Shown here piece after piece: positions 28,148 through 37,610 of a stretch of DNA of 64,000 nt (the stretch's first letter is position 1; the number at the start of each line of letters is the position of its first letter). The stretch lies in the NCBI GenBank assembly GCA_037445065.1, contig JBBILD010000012.1, positions 1-64,000 on the forward strand, written 5' to 3'. This DNA is from Myxococcales bacterium. GTDB taxonomy: Bacteria > Desulfobacterota > Binatia > HRBIN30. The translations under genes were made by a program, and so were the position numbers. Under the pieces are notes generated by a model. It searched no databases. It saw nothing but the letters and a program-made list of their open reading frames with translations, and was not told the origin of the DNA.

Positions 28148-29314
28148 ATGGACTTTGGCTTTAGCGAAGAGCAGGAGCTTCTGCGCAAGACCGCGCGCGA
28201 ATTTTTGGAGGCGGAGTGCCCGGTGGCGTACGCCCGCCAAATGATGGAAGACGACCGCGGGTACGCGCCTGAAAAGTGGAAGCAAATGGCGGACTTGGGC
28301 TGGATGGGTTTGATTTTCCCCGAGCGTTTTGGCGGCAGCGGCTTGGACATGGTGGACCTAGTGGTGGTGCTAGAGGAAATGGGCCGGGTAGTACTCCCAG
28401 GACCGTACTTTCCCACCGTGCTGCTCGGAGGCTTGGCGGTGGCGATCGGTGGTTCCGAGGAACAGCAGGAGCGGTACTTGCCAGGTATTTGTCGAGGTAC
28501 GCAGCGCGCGACTCTTGCCTGGCTCGAAGAGAGCGGCCGCTGGGACTCGGCGGGAATCGCCTTGCCAGCGCGGCGCGACGGAGGCGAGTTTCGCTTGGAC
28601 GGCGTGAAGTTATTCGTGCACGATGCGCATAACGCCGACTGGATGGTGGTTCCGGCGCGCACGGCGGATGGCGATGGCGATTTTGGAGTCACACTATTCC
28701 TGGTCGAAGCGGATCGGCCAGGGATCCGCACGCGGGTGATGAAGACCATGGACCAGACGCGCAAGCTTTGCGAGGTGGAGTTCGAAGGGGTGCGCGTACC
28801 GGCTGGGCAGGTGCTCGGCAAGTTGAACGAGGGGTGGCCCCTGCTCGAGCGCATTGCCGATCGAGCCAAGGTCGGGCTTTGTGCTGAGATGTGCGGTGGG
28901 ATGGAGAAGGTGCTGGAGATGAGCGTGAGCTACGCCAAGGTGCGCGAACAATTCGGGCGGCCGATTGGGTCGTTCCAGGCGATCCAGCACAAATGCGCAA
29001 ACATGCTGGTTCAGGTCGAGAGTTCCAAGTCGGCCACCTACTATGCCGCCTGGGCCGTGGCCAATGACGTGCCCGAAGCGCACCTAGCCGCGTGCATGGC
29101 GAAGGCGTACGCCTCCGACGCGTACCGCATGGTCAGCGGCGAGGGCATCCAGATCCACGGCGGCATCGGCTTCACTTGGGAGCATGACATGCACCTCTAT
29201 TTCAAGCGCGCCAAGGGCAGCGAGGTCACCTTCGGCGACGCCACCTGGAACCGCGAACTCGTGGCCCGCGAAGTCCTCGACAAGCCTGAGACCTCCCCCG
29301 ACCCCACCCCCTGA
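28148..29314 (+). CDS. Acyl-CoA dehydrogenase family protein
   Basis: MDFGFSEEQ, REQFGRPIGSFQAIQH, QIHGGIGFTWEH. Confidence 0.93.
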   Translation: MDFGFSEEQELLRKTAREFLEAECPVAYARQMMEDDRGYAPEKWKQMADLGWMGLIFPERFGGSGLDMVDLVVVLEEMGRVVLPGPYFPTVLLGGLAVAIGGSEEQQERYLPGICRGTQRATLAWLEESGRWDSAGIALPARRDGGEFRLDGVKLFVHDAHNADWMVVPARTADGDGDFGVTLFLVEADRPGIRTRVMKTMDQTRKLCEVEFEGVRVPAGQVLGKLNEGWPLLERIADRAKVGLCAEMCGGMEKVLEMSVSYAKVREQFGRPIGSFQAIQHKCANMLVQVESSKSATYYAAWAVANDVPEAHLAACMAKAYASDAYRMVSGEGIQIHGGIGFTWEHDMHLYFKRAKGSEVTFGDATWNRELVAREVLDKPETSPDPTP

Positions 29315-29348
29315 CCCCCCCAACCCGGACCCCAGTTCATCAGTTCAT

Positions 29349-29654
29349 GGACACCCACTTTACTGATCCGTGATCCGTGGACACCCACTTTATCTGGAGG
29401 TGATCCGTGGACACCCACTTTATCTGAGGTTTATCTGGAGGGTTTATCTGAAGGACACCCACTTTACCTGAACAAGACGCCCCCCGTCGGGTCCCCTGGA
29501 TTCCTGGTTCGCTGGACGCCCACCCTACCCACGTTCACTCCGGTTCCATCTCCGTCCTCCCTCCCCCAGCCTAGAGCGGGTCCCCCACTTGTCCTTGTCC
29601 TCCGACCTGTCCCCTGGATGTCCCCTGGACACCGATGTCCCCTGGACACCCACT
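29349..29654 (-). repeat. TGGGTGTCC motif cluster 1 (reverse orientation) with 30-bp tandem units
   Basis: GGACACCCACT at 29349, 29379, 29409, 29453 and 29644; TGTCCCCTGGA three times near 29608-29646. Confidence 0.85.
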
Positions 29655-30230
29655 CTGCCGTCATGCGGGCCGCCCCCGCCGGGTCGCTGATCCATACGTC
29701 CCCCCTCAGCTTCCCGCTCTTGCTCGTCGTGAAAACGTCCGCGAGCAACTTTCCTAGCCCTGAGCGGTCGGCTTCCGTTGATAACCGTGGACTCAAGCGC
29801 AACCTGCTGCCGAGCGGCTGCTGTCGTGCGCACCCGTCGTCGCGGTGATGACTCGTCTACCCAATGGGCACGCACTCGCTGTGGCTTTCTGCGTTTCCGT
29901 CCAAATCGGCGCAGAGGGCACAGAGTGCGCCCACGAGCCCCGGAACTTGCCTGTGGGGTTCTAAACTTGCAAACGGCTGTTCGAGCTACGGATCGCCGGT
30001 GTGAACGGGAGCCAGTGAACACCCAGCGCAGTGTCGACCGACACACGTTGCCTCGTTAGCCGAGCCGATGGGCAACCAACTTTCTGGCCACCGCCCACTG
30101 AGCCGTTGCAAAGTGCCGGTAAAATCGGGCGCTCCACCAGTAGCTCTGTTTACGCTGGTGGAAGGAGCCTCAGCTCTACGGACAGGTCAGCAGCAAGGCC
30201 CAGCAAAAAGGCCAACGGAGCGATCTGGGG

Positions 30231-30437
30231 GTGGGTGTCCGCCGAAATGCCTCAACGGACAGGTCGGCGCAAATGCGCGTTGGCCGGCATGCAGGCGAAC
30301 GGACGCGTGAGCCGTGCCCCCCAAGGAGGGCGGCCCGTAGGACACTCCAGGAGTGGGTTTCCGAAGGACATCCGTGAGTCGTGACCCCCCGGGAGGACGG
30401 CCCGTAGGATACTCCAGAAATGGGTGTCCGAAGGACA
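30231..30437 (+). repeat. TGGGTGTCC motif cluster 2 with ~67-bp imperfect tandem duplication
   Basis: Motif at 30232 and 30421, variant at 30354; units 30306-30370 and 30373-30437. Confidence 0.8.
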
Positions 30438-30705
30438 CAAACGCCCAACTAAGCGCGGTACGCAACAGGGCGCAGCTGCTCGCGACGTAGACTTGGCCTG
30501 CCTGGTTGCGGAGTGGAAAGGGGTTCTGCTTTCGCTGATGCCGTGGACCGTAGGGTCAGCTTAGCGAGCGCAGGCCTCAGAGAACGCTCTCACTCGTGCT
30601 CTGCGTTCCTCAAAAGCGGCAATCCGACTTACCGCACGACACTCCGGCGAGCGTACGTGGATGAAGTGGAAGGAAGATTGAATCAGTCGCGGTAACCGGT
30701 CCGCC

Positions 30706-31695
30706 TCACGCTGCTTGCTGCGCGAAACCAGCAGCGACTTCTTCACCGGACAGATACAGCCGCCGGGCGGCGCCTGTGCCCATGCACTTCCTGCAACCGC
30801 GTTGTGCGGCCTCCACGCGGATGCGCTGCACCTCTCCAGCCATGGTGAAAAAGGTGCGTGAGAAGCACCGCACGGCCCACAGGAATCCCTTCTCCTGCAG
30901 CCCGAACCGCTTCAACAACTCCCGCGTTCGGCCCTCCATCTCTCGCTTTTCGTCTAGCAACCCTCGGGCTGCCGCTTGGAGAAGCGCCACGTAATCAGTG
31001 AGAGTAATCTCAACGGCCGCGCCTCCCTGCCGTACTTGTTCTCCCTGGAGCGGGGCTAACCACCTGCAAGCACGGCCCCGTTCTGCATGGCGGAGGCGCT
31101 CCCGCACCGAAGTAAACCGCTGCCCCCGGACGCTGCGCGCGAGCCCCGCGCGAATCGGGTTCAGATCCACGTAACTCATGCAGGTGAGAACAGCCCCTTC
31201 GTCCATTAACGCCTGGGTTCGGAAACGGCCCTCCCAAAAGCGTCCTGTGCAGCCGTCTTCCCGATTGGCCCGCCGCGCAATCGCCTCATTCAGGCAGCGC
31301 ATGAACCAGCTCAAGTCCCCGAGCCTTGCACGCCATTCCACCAAACGCCGTTGCCGCTCCTCCAACGGCAGCAGCCGCCACTGCCTGACGCTGAGTGGAA
31401 ATAACTTTCGCCAGCGGATGAAAACCTGCCCATCAGTCCACCTCTCTACCTGCTCCGGCTGTAGCCGCACCACTAAGTGAAGGTGGTTGCTCATGACCGC
31501 GTACGCACACACCTTTATGGCGAACACTCCGCCCAAATGCCGCAGGCGCTCCACAACCCAACGCTTACGGTGGTTGAAATTCCGGCCCGTCACGGAATCG
31601 TGGCCGCACAAAAATGCCCGCCGGACACAGCGCGTAATGCAGTGGTAGTAGAGTGTGCGTTCACGGTTGACCAACACTTTCCTCGGTAACGGCAT
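30706..31695 (-). CDS. Stand-alone long-type RAYT / TnpA-REP-like HUH Y1 transposase
   Basis: YHCITRCVRRAFLCG, AVMSNHLHLVV (HUH), FWEGRF, CMSYVDLNPIRAG (catalytic Tyr). Confidence 0.92.
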   Translation of the reverse strand: MPLPRKVLVNRERTLYYHCITRCVRRAFLCGHDSVTGRNFNHRKRWVVERLRHLGGVFAIKVCAYAVMSNHLHLVVRLQPEQVERWTDGQVFIRWRKLFPLSVRQWRLLPLEERQRRLVEWRARLGDLSWFMRCLNEAIARRANREDGCTGRFWEGRFRTQALMDEGAVLTCMSYVDLNPIRAGLARSVRGQRFTSVRERLRHAERGRACRWLAPLQGEQVRQGGAAVEITLTDYVALLQAAARGLLDEKREMEGRTRELLKRFGLQEKGFLWAVRCFSRTFFTMAGEVQRIRVEAAQRGCRKCMGTGAARRLYLSGEEVAAGFAQQAA

Positions 31696-31701
31696 GCGCC
31701 C

Positions 31702-31731
31702 GTTCTAGCGCAACATTTGTATCAATGTCAA
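31702..31731 (-). promoter_or_regulatory. Putative sigma70 promoter for RAYT (leaderless transcript)
   Basis: TTGACA (31731-31726), 18-nt spacer, TAGAAC (31707-31702), 6 nt before the ATG. Local AT-rich patch and no SD. Confidence 0.45.
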
Positions 31732-32020
31732 GTCTAAGATATTAAACATTCTACCGCAGATGAACGTAATCCAATCTGCGACATTAGTGTGTATCTGGAA
31801 TGAGTATAACACATGGCTTACTACGAGCAGCAACAGCGACCCTATCTGTGACCCTCTGAGCTTCCGAATCATTATCCTTGCCGCACTCGGCGAGTGGCTG
31901 CGCAGGAGTTCTCGTTTGAACCTCCCCCTGCCGCCAACATCTTGGGCGCAAATCTTTGTGCCCCCCTTCAGCGGCCCGCTCCGCAGGAAGAACGAGGCAA
32001 CCATGCTCTGATGCAAAGCA

Positions 32021-32155
32021 CAAATCTTCCGCCTTGGGGCTGCTACGTCCGAGGACGTGGTCGCCCAACCCTTAACGTCGAGGTTCACGGAACCCGGCCC
32101 ACTGGGTGGCCGTCCAACCACCGAGCTCCCTGCAGTGGGTGTCCGTGGATCAATG
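32021..32155 (+). repeat. 135-bp direct repeat, copy A
   Basis: Ungapped match to 35054-35188; 14 mismatches by hand count. Confidence 0.9.
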
Positions 32156-32351
32156 GTGGATCAATGATGATGGGTGTCCATGGACCAATGCACTGCAGTG
32201 CTGCGCAGCGGCCATCGTCCAGTGGATGTCCGTCGACTCCTGTGGTGTGCAGCGGCCATCATCCAGTGGGTGTCCACGGACTTCTGTCCACGGACTTCTG
32301 GACTATCCGTGGACCACTGGCGCACACGGACCGGCTTGCAAGTGGGTGTCC
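32136..32351 (+). repeat. TGGGTGTCC motif cluster 3
   Basis: Exact copies at 32136, 32171, 32267 and 32343; variant at 32223; internal short duplications. Confidence 0.85.
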
Positions 32352-32475
32352 GTCGAAGAACGTGCATCGAAGGCCAATGGACGAACTCTGGGGCACCCGG
32401 CCTGGCCGGTCCCAACGCCCGTTTCGGGGAAACCGGGACAATGTCCGGGAGATCAGGCCGAGAGGCAACGGGCTC

Positions 32476-33279
32476 TTACAGCGTTGGTGGGGGAAAGGGC
32501 CAGTTCGAGGTTTCGGTACCGCCGTCGATTTCGAAAACCTTCCCTGTCACCCAGCTCGATGCGGGCGAAACTAAATAGAGTGCCGCAAGCGCAATATCCT
32601 CTACGGCGCCCAAACGGCGCATTGGAGTCAGTGCCTCCATTTTCGCCCGCAGGTCATCGTTCAAAAACGGAGTCAAGGCGGACGTTTCCGTGGCGCCGAC
32701 CGCGATCGCGTTCACCCGAACTTTCGGAGCAAACTCGTGACCGAGCACCCTCGTCATGTGCGAAAGCGCAGCCTTGGCCGTGCTGTAAGCTACGAATCCC
32801 GCCAGCGGAAACCGCCCTGCCGCGGACGAGATGTTGAGCACCACTCCACCACCGGCAGTTCGAAGCATATGGGGAACTGCCAACCGAGTGAGCAGGAACG
32901 CCGAAGTCACGTTGAAGTGAAAGGCCTCCTCCAACATCCGTTCGCTCGTGTAAAGAGCCTCGCAGGGCGGGGTTCCGCCAGCATTGTTCACCACAATGTC
33001 GATGCGGCCAAAGTGCCGCAACGTTTCTTCGACCACGCGTTCGAGATCTTCCCTCCGATTGACGTCGCAAGGAACTGCCAGCGCGCGCCCTCCCAACTTC
33101 TGCACCCGAGCTGCGGTGTCCTCGATCTGTTCCCTCGTACGTGCCGCGCAGACGACATTTCCACCCACCTCCGCGAATGCCAGCGCACACCCTTGGCCGA
33201 TTCCTCGGCCTGCGCCCGTAACGATCGCAACTTTTCCGTCCAAACGAAAACGATCTAGGATCACTTCTCCTCCCTGCAC
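32476..33279 (-). CDS. Short-chain dehydrogenase/reductase (7-alpha-HSDH-like)
   Basis: TGAGRGIG, NNAG, YSTAK. Confidence 0.93.
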   Translation of the reverse strand: MQGGEVILDRFRLDGKVAIVTGAGRGIGQGCALAFAEVGGNVVCAARTREQIEDTAARVQKLGGRALAVPCDVNRREDLERVVEETLRHFGRIDIVVNNAGGTPPCEALYTSERMLEEAFHFNVTSAFLLTRLAVPHMLRTAGGGVVLNISSAAGRFPLAGFVAYSTAKAALSHMTRVLGHEFAPKVRVNAIAVGATETSALTPFLNDDLRAKMEALTPMRRLGAVEDIALAALYLVSPASSWVTGKVFEIDGGTETSNWPFPPPTL

Positions 33280-33285
33280 GCCCCA

Positions 33286-34359
33286 TCAGGCCGGAAGCCG
33301 GTAAAACCGCTCCGCATTGAGCGCCAAGATCTTTTCCTTCACCGCCGGGCCTAGATCGGTTCGCTCGCGCAACGGCCGGGTGGATTCCGGCCACTCACTG
33401 TCCCAATGCGGGTAGTCGCTGGCGAACATGATGAAGTCCGAACCCAGGCTGTCGACCGCAAGCGGGATCCCGCACTCGCCCGCCTCGCAGCTAACGTAAA
33501 GCTGCCCGCGCGCAATGTACTCCTTAGGCTCATGTTTGCACTCCGGTGTTAGCCGTCCGCGCTTCTCCAAATGTTCCTCGATCCGCTCCATCAAGTAGGG
33601 CACCCAACCCACGCCCGACTCGAGCAGAGCGACGCGCAATCGCGGATGGCGTTCGAAGACGCCTCCGAGGATCAGCGCTGTCGACGCCACCATCATGTCA
33701 AAAGGAAAGCTGATGACATGGACCTTGAGGTAGTTGTCGAATCGCTCCGTCCCCAGCTTCGGCAAGTGGATTCCGGGAGCGCCATGGATTCCAAGCGGCA
33801 TGTCCATTTCTTCGGCTGCGTCGTAAAACGGATCGAGATCCGGATGGTCCAGATTTCTCTCGCGTAGCACGGCCGGAATCATGGTCACGACAAGTCCCAG
33901 GTCTTTCGCTTCGCGCATGACCGCGATGGCGGACGCCACATCCTCGATGGGAACCAAGGCGGCTCCAAAAAACCTTCCCCGACCCTGCTTACAGTACTCC
34001 GCAAGCCAACGATTGTATGCCCGCGCGAACTCGGCCGCAAAACTCTGATCTACAAAGCCGGGAAGACCCAGGGCAGCACTGGGAAAAAAGACGAGGCGAT
34101 CTATGCCGTCCCTATCCGCGTCCGCCAAAACCCCGTCAGCGGTAAAAGGATTGGCACCGCGTTCCAGGCACATCCCTTCCTCGGCTCTACAGCCCGCACC
34201 CGGGCCGCGCGACTGTGGATACGGCCGACCTTCAATGTACAAGGCCGTGTCTCCATCCCCTGGGTCACTGAAACGGATCTTGTCAGGGAACCGCTCGAGT
34301 AACTCTGCCATCAACTCCCTGCCCTCGATCACATGGGCGTCAGCATCGACCACCTTCAT
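33286..34359 (-). CDS. Amidohydrolase_2 family protein
   Basis: DADAHV, AYNRW, FERHPRLRVALLESG, FASDYPHWD. Confidence 0.92.
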   Translation of the reverse strand: MKVVDADAHVIEGRELMAELLERFPDKIRFSDPGDGDTALYIEGRPYPQSRGPGAGCRAEEGMCLERGANPFTADGVLADADRDGIDRLVFFPSAALGLPGFVDQSFAAEFARAYNRWLAEYCKQGRGRFFGAALVPIEDVASAIAVMREAKDLGLVVTMIPAVLRERNLDHPDLDPFYDAAEEMDMPLGIHGAPGIHLPKLGTERFDNYLKVHVISFPFDMMVASTALILGGVFERHPRLRVALLESGVGWVPYLMERIEEHLEKRGRLTPECKHEPKEYIARGQLYVSCEAGECGIPLAVDSLGSDFIMFASDYPHWDSEWPESTRPLRERTDLGPAVKEKILALNAERFYRLPA

Positions 34360-34997
34360 GCTTGCTTCTCCTCAATCCGTGAACGCTTGTTCACCCAGGA
34401 TTGTCGGAAAACTCCGGGCAGGTCAAGCACGCTGGAACCTCCCCGTGGCCGACGTGCGTGCAAGACTTTGGCCTGCAGACTACTCATGTTGTAGGGAGCC
34501 CTGCTCCCTACCGAGGCTGCCAAACTCCCAAACGCTCCCCCGACTCAAGTCCGCTCCTCCCCCAAGTGAGGCACCGCGCCGCTCGCAATCGCTCCAGCGG
34601 TACTCGCGGCGGAGCCGTCCTCGCTCCATCTCTTGCTCCACGACTGGACCGTCGCCCGCTCGGGCGTGCCGAGGACACCGCGCACGGAAAGCGTCGGCTC
34701 GCGTTGCGACCAAAGCCGCGAAATCACACGCGAGGTCTCTATCGCCCTTGCTGGCCTCCCGTCCGCGCAAGGGTCCGCATTAGCCCGGTAACGGAGCGCT
34801 CGTAGGCTCTCTTCTAGGGCTGCTTGAGCCGCAGAAGGCTTCCGGCCCGGCGAGCCAGCCTGTCCCTAGGAGACAACGCTAGCCTCCGGAACGGGCGACA
34901 AACCACCTCACTGGTGTCCATCAGCATCTCCCAACCAACCCGTGATTACTTACCGCTCCATGTTGGCGTCCAACCGAGAGCCCAGGGGTGAGTAAAG

Positions 34998-35210
34998 TGG
35001 ATGTCCACGCTCAGAGGTGGGCGTCGGAAAAGTGGGTGTCCAAGGAAGAGACTCAAATCTTGCGCCTCGGGGCTCCTACGCCCGAGGAGGTGGTCGCCCA
35101 ACCCTTAACGTCGGGGTCCACTGAACTCGGCCCACTGGGTGGCCGTCAAACCAACAAGCTCCCTGCAGTGGGTGTCCATGGACCAATGCCGTCCAACGGG
35201 CGTCCGTGGA
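34998..35210 (+). repeat. TGGGTGTCC motif cluster 4, including 135-bp repeat copy B (35054-35188)
   Basis: Exact copies at 35033 and 35169; variants at 34998 and ~35197. Confidence 0.85.
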
Positions 35211-35357
35211 CTTCTCGTCGACAAATTTGGGACCAGCAGCGTAATTTTTTGTCAACAGAAAATTGCGTCCTCCCGGCCGTGGGAGCGCATCAGTCGCGGG
35301 CCTCCCGAGCTGAAAGGACGAAGCGAAAGGAGGTCCGAGGATCGTCAAACGGGGTTC

Positions 35358-37268
35358 ATGGTTTGGGATTCCTTTGTTTCTTCTTTCCGCCGCCTGGGCG
35401 GGGCTGGCCCTGCTGTGGCCGGTGGCGCCATTGGCAGCCGCCCAATCCCAGGTGGGTTTGGCCCAGGCCAAGGTGGCGCTTTCCAGCATGGATCGCGGCT
35501 GGGTGCCCAACGCGGGCCAGTGGGACGAGTAGGCCGCCTTTGCCGCACCGGGTTATTTCGGCACCACGTGGGTCACTAAAGAGGGCGAGCTGCGGCACGT
35601 GTTGGTCCAGAAAGAAGACCGTGAAAAGGCCGAGGACCGCGGGGCCGTGAGAGGCCGCTTCAGCAAGCCCTGCCCCAGCCAGCGCTGGGTGGTTTCGGAG
35701 CGCTTTGCGGGGGGCAAGGTGCAGGCCATCCGTCGGCAGGAGGAGCTTCCCACGCGGGTGAGTTACCTACTTGGCAACGACCCGGCCAAGCACCGTTCCA
35801 ACCTGCCCACCTACCCGCGCGTGTGGTTGGGGGAGGTGTGGCCAGGGGTGGAGGTGGTGCTGGCAGCTCAGCAGAAGACGGTCGAAAAGCTGTTGATCCC
35901 GAAGCCGGGGACGGAAGCAAGCCAGGTCCAGGTGGCCCTTTCTGGGGCTGAGGGTCTGGAGTTGGCAGACCGTGGCGCGCTGAAGGTGCGCACGGGTTTG
36001 GCGGAGGTGGAGCTTTCCCCACCGGTGGCCTGGCAAGAAATCGGCGGCAAACGGGAGCCGATGGTGGTGGGTTACCAGCTTTTGGGGCCCAACCGCTACG
36101 GCTTTGTTCTGGGCGAGCACCGCAAGGACCTGCCGGTGGTCATTGACCCGATCCTGCAGAGCACGTACTTGCGAGAATCAGACGAGGACGACGCCAACTC
36201 GCTTGCCCTATCCTCCACCGGCGAGGTGTACGTGGCGGGGCGGACCGACTCGACCGGCTTCCCCGTCACCGCCGGCGGGGCGGACGACACCTTAGATGGG
36301 TTCTCCGACGCCTTCGTGGCGTGGCTGGACCCCGGGCTCACGAGCATCAACCGAGCCACTTACTTGGGGGCTCGGGCGGCCACGTTGCCACTAGCCTCGC
36401 CCCTTCCTCAACCGGGGAGGTGTACGTGGCGGGAGTTACCGGCTCGACCGACTTCCCCGGTACCAGCGGCGGGGCGCAGGGCACGTACGGGGGTGGCTTG
36501 ACGGACGCCTTTGTCTCGCGGCTGTCGGGCGGGTTGGCGGCGACGCTGGTGGCGGATATGTCGGCGAATGCCCCCAGCGTGCCACCCTCGTTGAGCCCCG
36601 CGGGCGTGTATTCCGGGTTGAGCTTCTCCTGCACCAACGCGGGCCCCGACCCCACCATCAACGCCAACCGCAGCATTGTGGTTTCCGCTGGCACCGTGAG
36701 CGGCGTCAGCTGCACGCCTGGGGTGCCGGTAGCCAGCCTGCCCTCGAGCAGCAGCATCAACTGCAGTTACACCTTCGCCGCCCCAGGCAGCCCGGGCGGT
36801 GGCAACACTTCCCAGCCCGGCGTGGTCTTCACCGTCACCGCCAGCGCGGACAACGACAGCAACGCCGCCAACAACACCGCCAGCTCCGGTGCCAGACCCA
36901 TTCCCCTGGTGGATGCCCTGAACGACAGTGCCACCTTCCCTGCCAACACCGGCCAAACCTTCAACCTGGCCACCAACGACCAGGTGGGCACGGGCGCCCC
37001 ACCAGCGGGCGCAACCTACAGCCTGCAAAGCACCACCTGCGCTGGGGCTTCGGTGAGCGCTTCGGGTGTCGCCACCTTTACCGTGCCTGCTTCCGGCAGG
37101 TGCACCATCACCTACCAGCTTTGTTACATCTCCGGTTGCGACACGGCCCCCTTGACGGTGGCGGTGGCGGCTGAGCCCGTCCCCACCTTGGACCAGTGGG
37201 GGCTTTTGCTGCTCACCCTTGCTCTGGGAGGGACGGGTGTGCTTTTGCTGCGCCGCCTGTGGGCGTAG
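35358..37268 (+). pseudogene. Disrupted SBBP-repeat surface protein with IPTL-CTERM-like sorting signal
   Basis: WVPNAGQWDE* (in-frame TAG at 35530-35532), LVIDP-like VVIDPILQSTYL, two VYVAG.T.STxFP repeats, C-terminal VPTLDQWGLLLL...LRR. Frameshift in the G5 run at 36366-36370 and a probable frameshift near 35395. Confidence 0.8.
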
Positions 37269-37290
37269 GGCAGGCTCGAGCTGATGACAG

Positions 37291-37322
37291 CCGGGGCGGC
37301 ATCCGCCGCCCCGGTTTTTTTT
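37291..37322 (+). terminator. Rho-independent terminator
   Basis: CCGGGGCGGC-ATCC-GCCGCCCCGG followed by T8. Confidence 0.88.
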
Positions 37323-37610
37323 GCCCGCCGCGTGACGTCGCCGCCCCACCCACGCCATGGCGAGCGGAGCGTCGCGGAGCGAAGTCCGCAGGACGGCGAG
37401 GCCGCACTGCGGCCGTGGCGGGCTTCACGGGTCATTGCGAGCGGAGCGAAGCAATCCCCAGAGAGAGGGAGAGCGGTGACCCACGGTTAGGTGGAGAGCC
37501 CTGGAGGGACCGGGGATGGGAAAAGTGGGTGTCCACGGGAGGCTCACGGGAGGCTCGGGAGGGAAGGGGTGATGGAGGGGGTGGGGCGGGTGCTATAGCG
37601 GGCAGCCGGT

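Noticed and set aside
29349..29466. Possible mini CRISPR array (regularly spaced repeats)
   Set aside because: The repeat core is only about 14 nt, the 'spacers' are themselves duplicated and irregular, and there are no cas genes in the window.
29700..30700. Short ORFs between the acyl-CoA dehydrogenase and the RAYT
   Set aside because: No recognisable motifs, start signals or consistent codon bias.
34480..34770. ORF containing REYRWS, reminiscent of a RAYT C-terminus
   Set aside because: Single short motif with no HUH or NP motif nearby; likely non-coding.
35530..35532. In-frame TAG as pyrrolysine or readthrough (also at 46177)
   Set aside because: Both genes have other inactivating lesions, and TAG is used as a normal stop elsewhere in the window.
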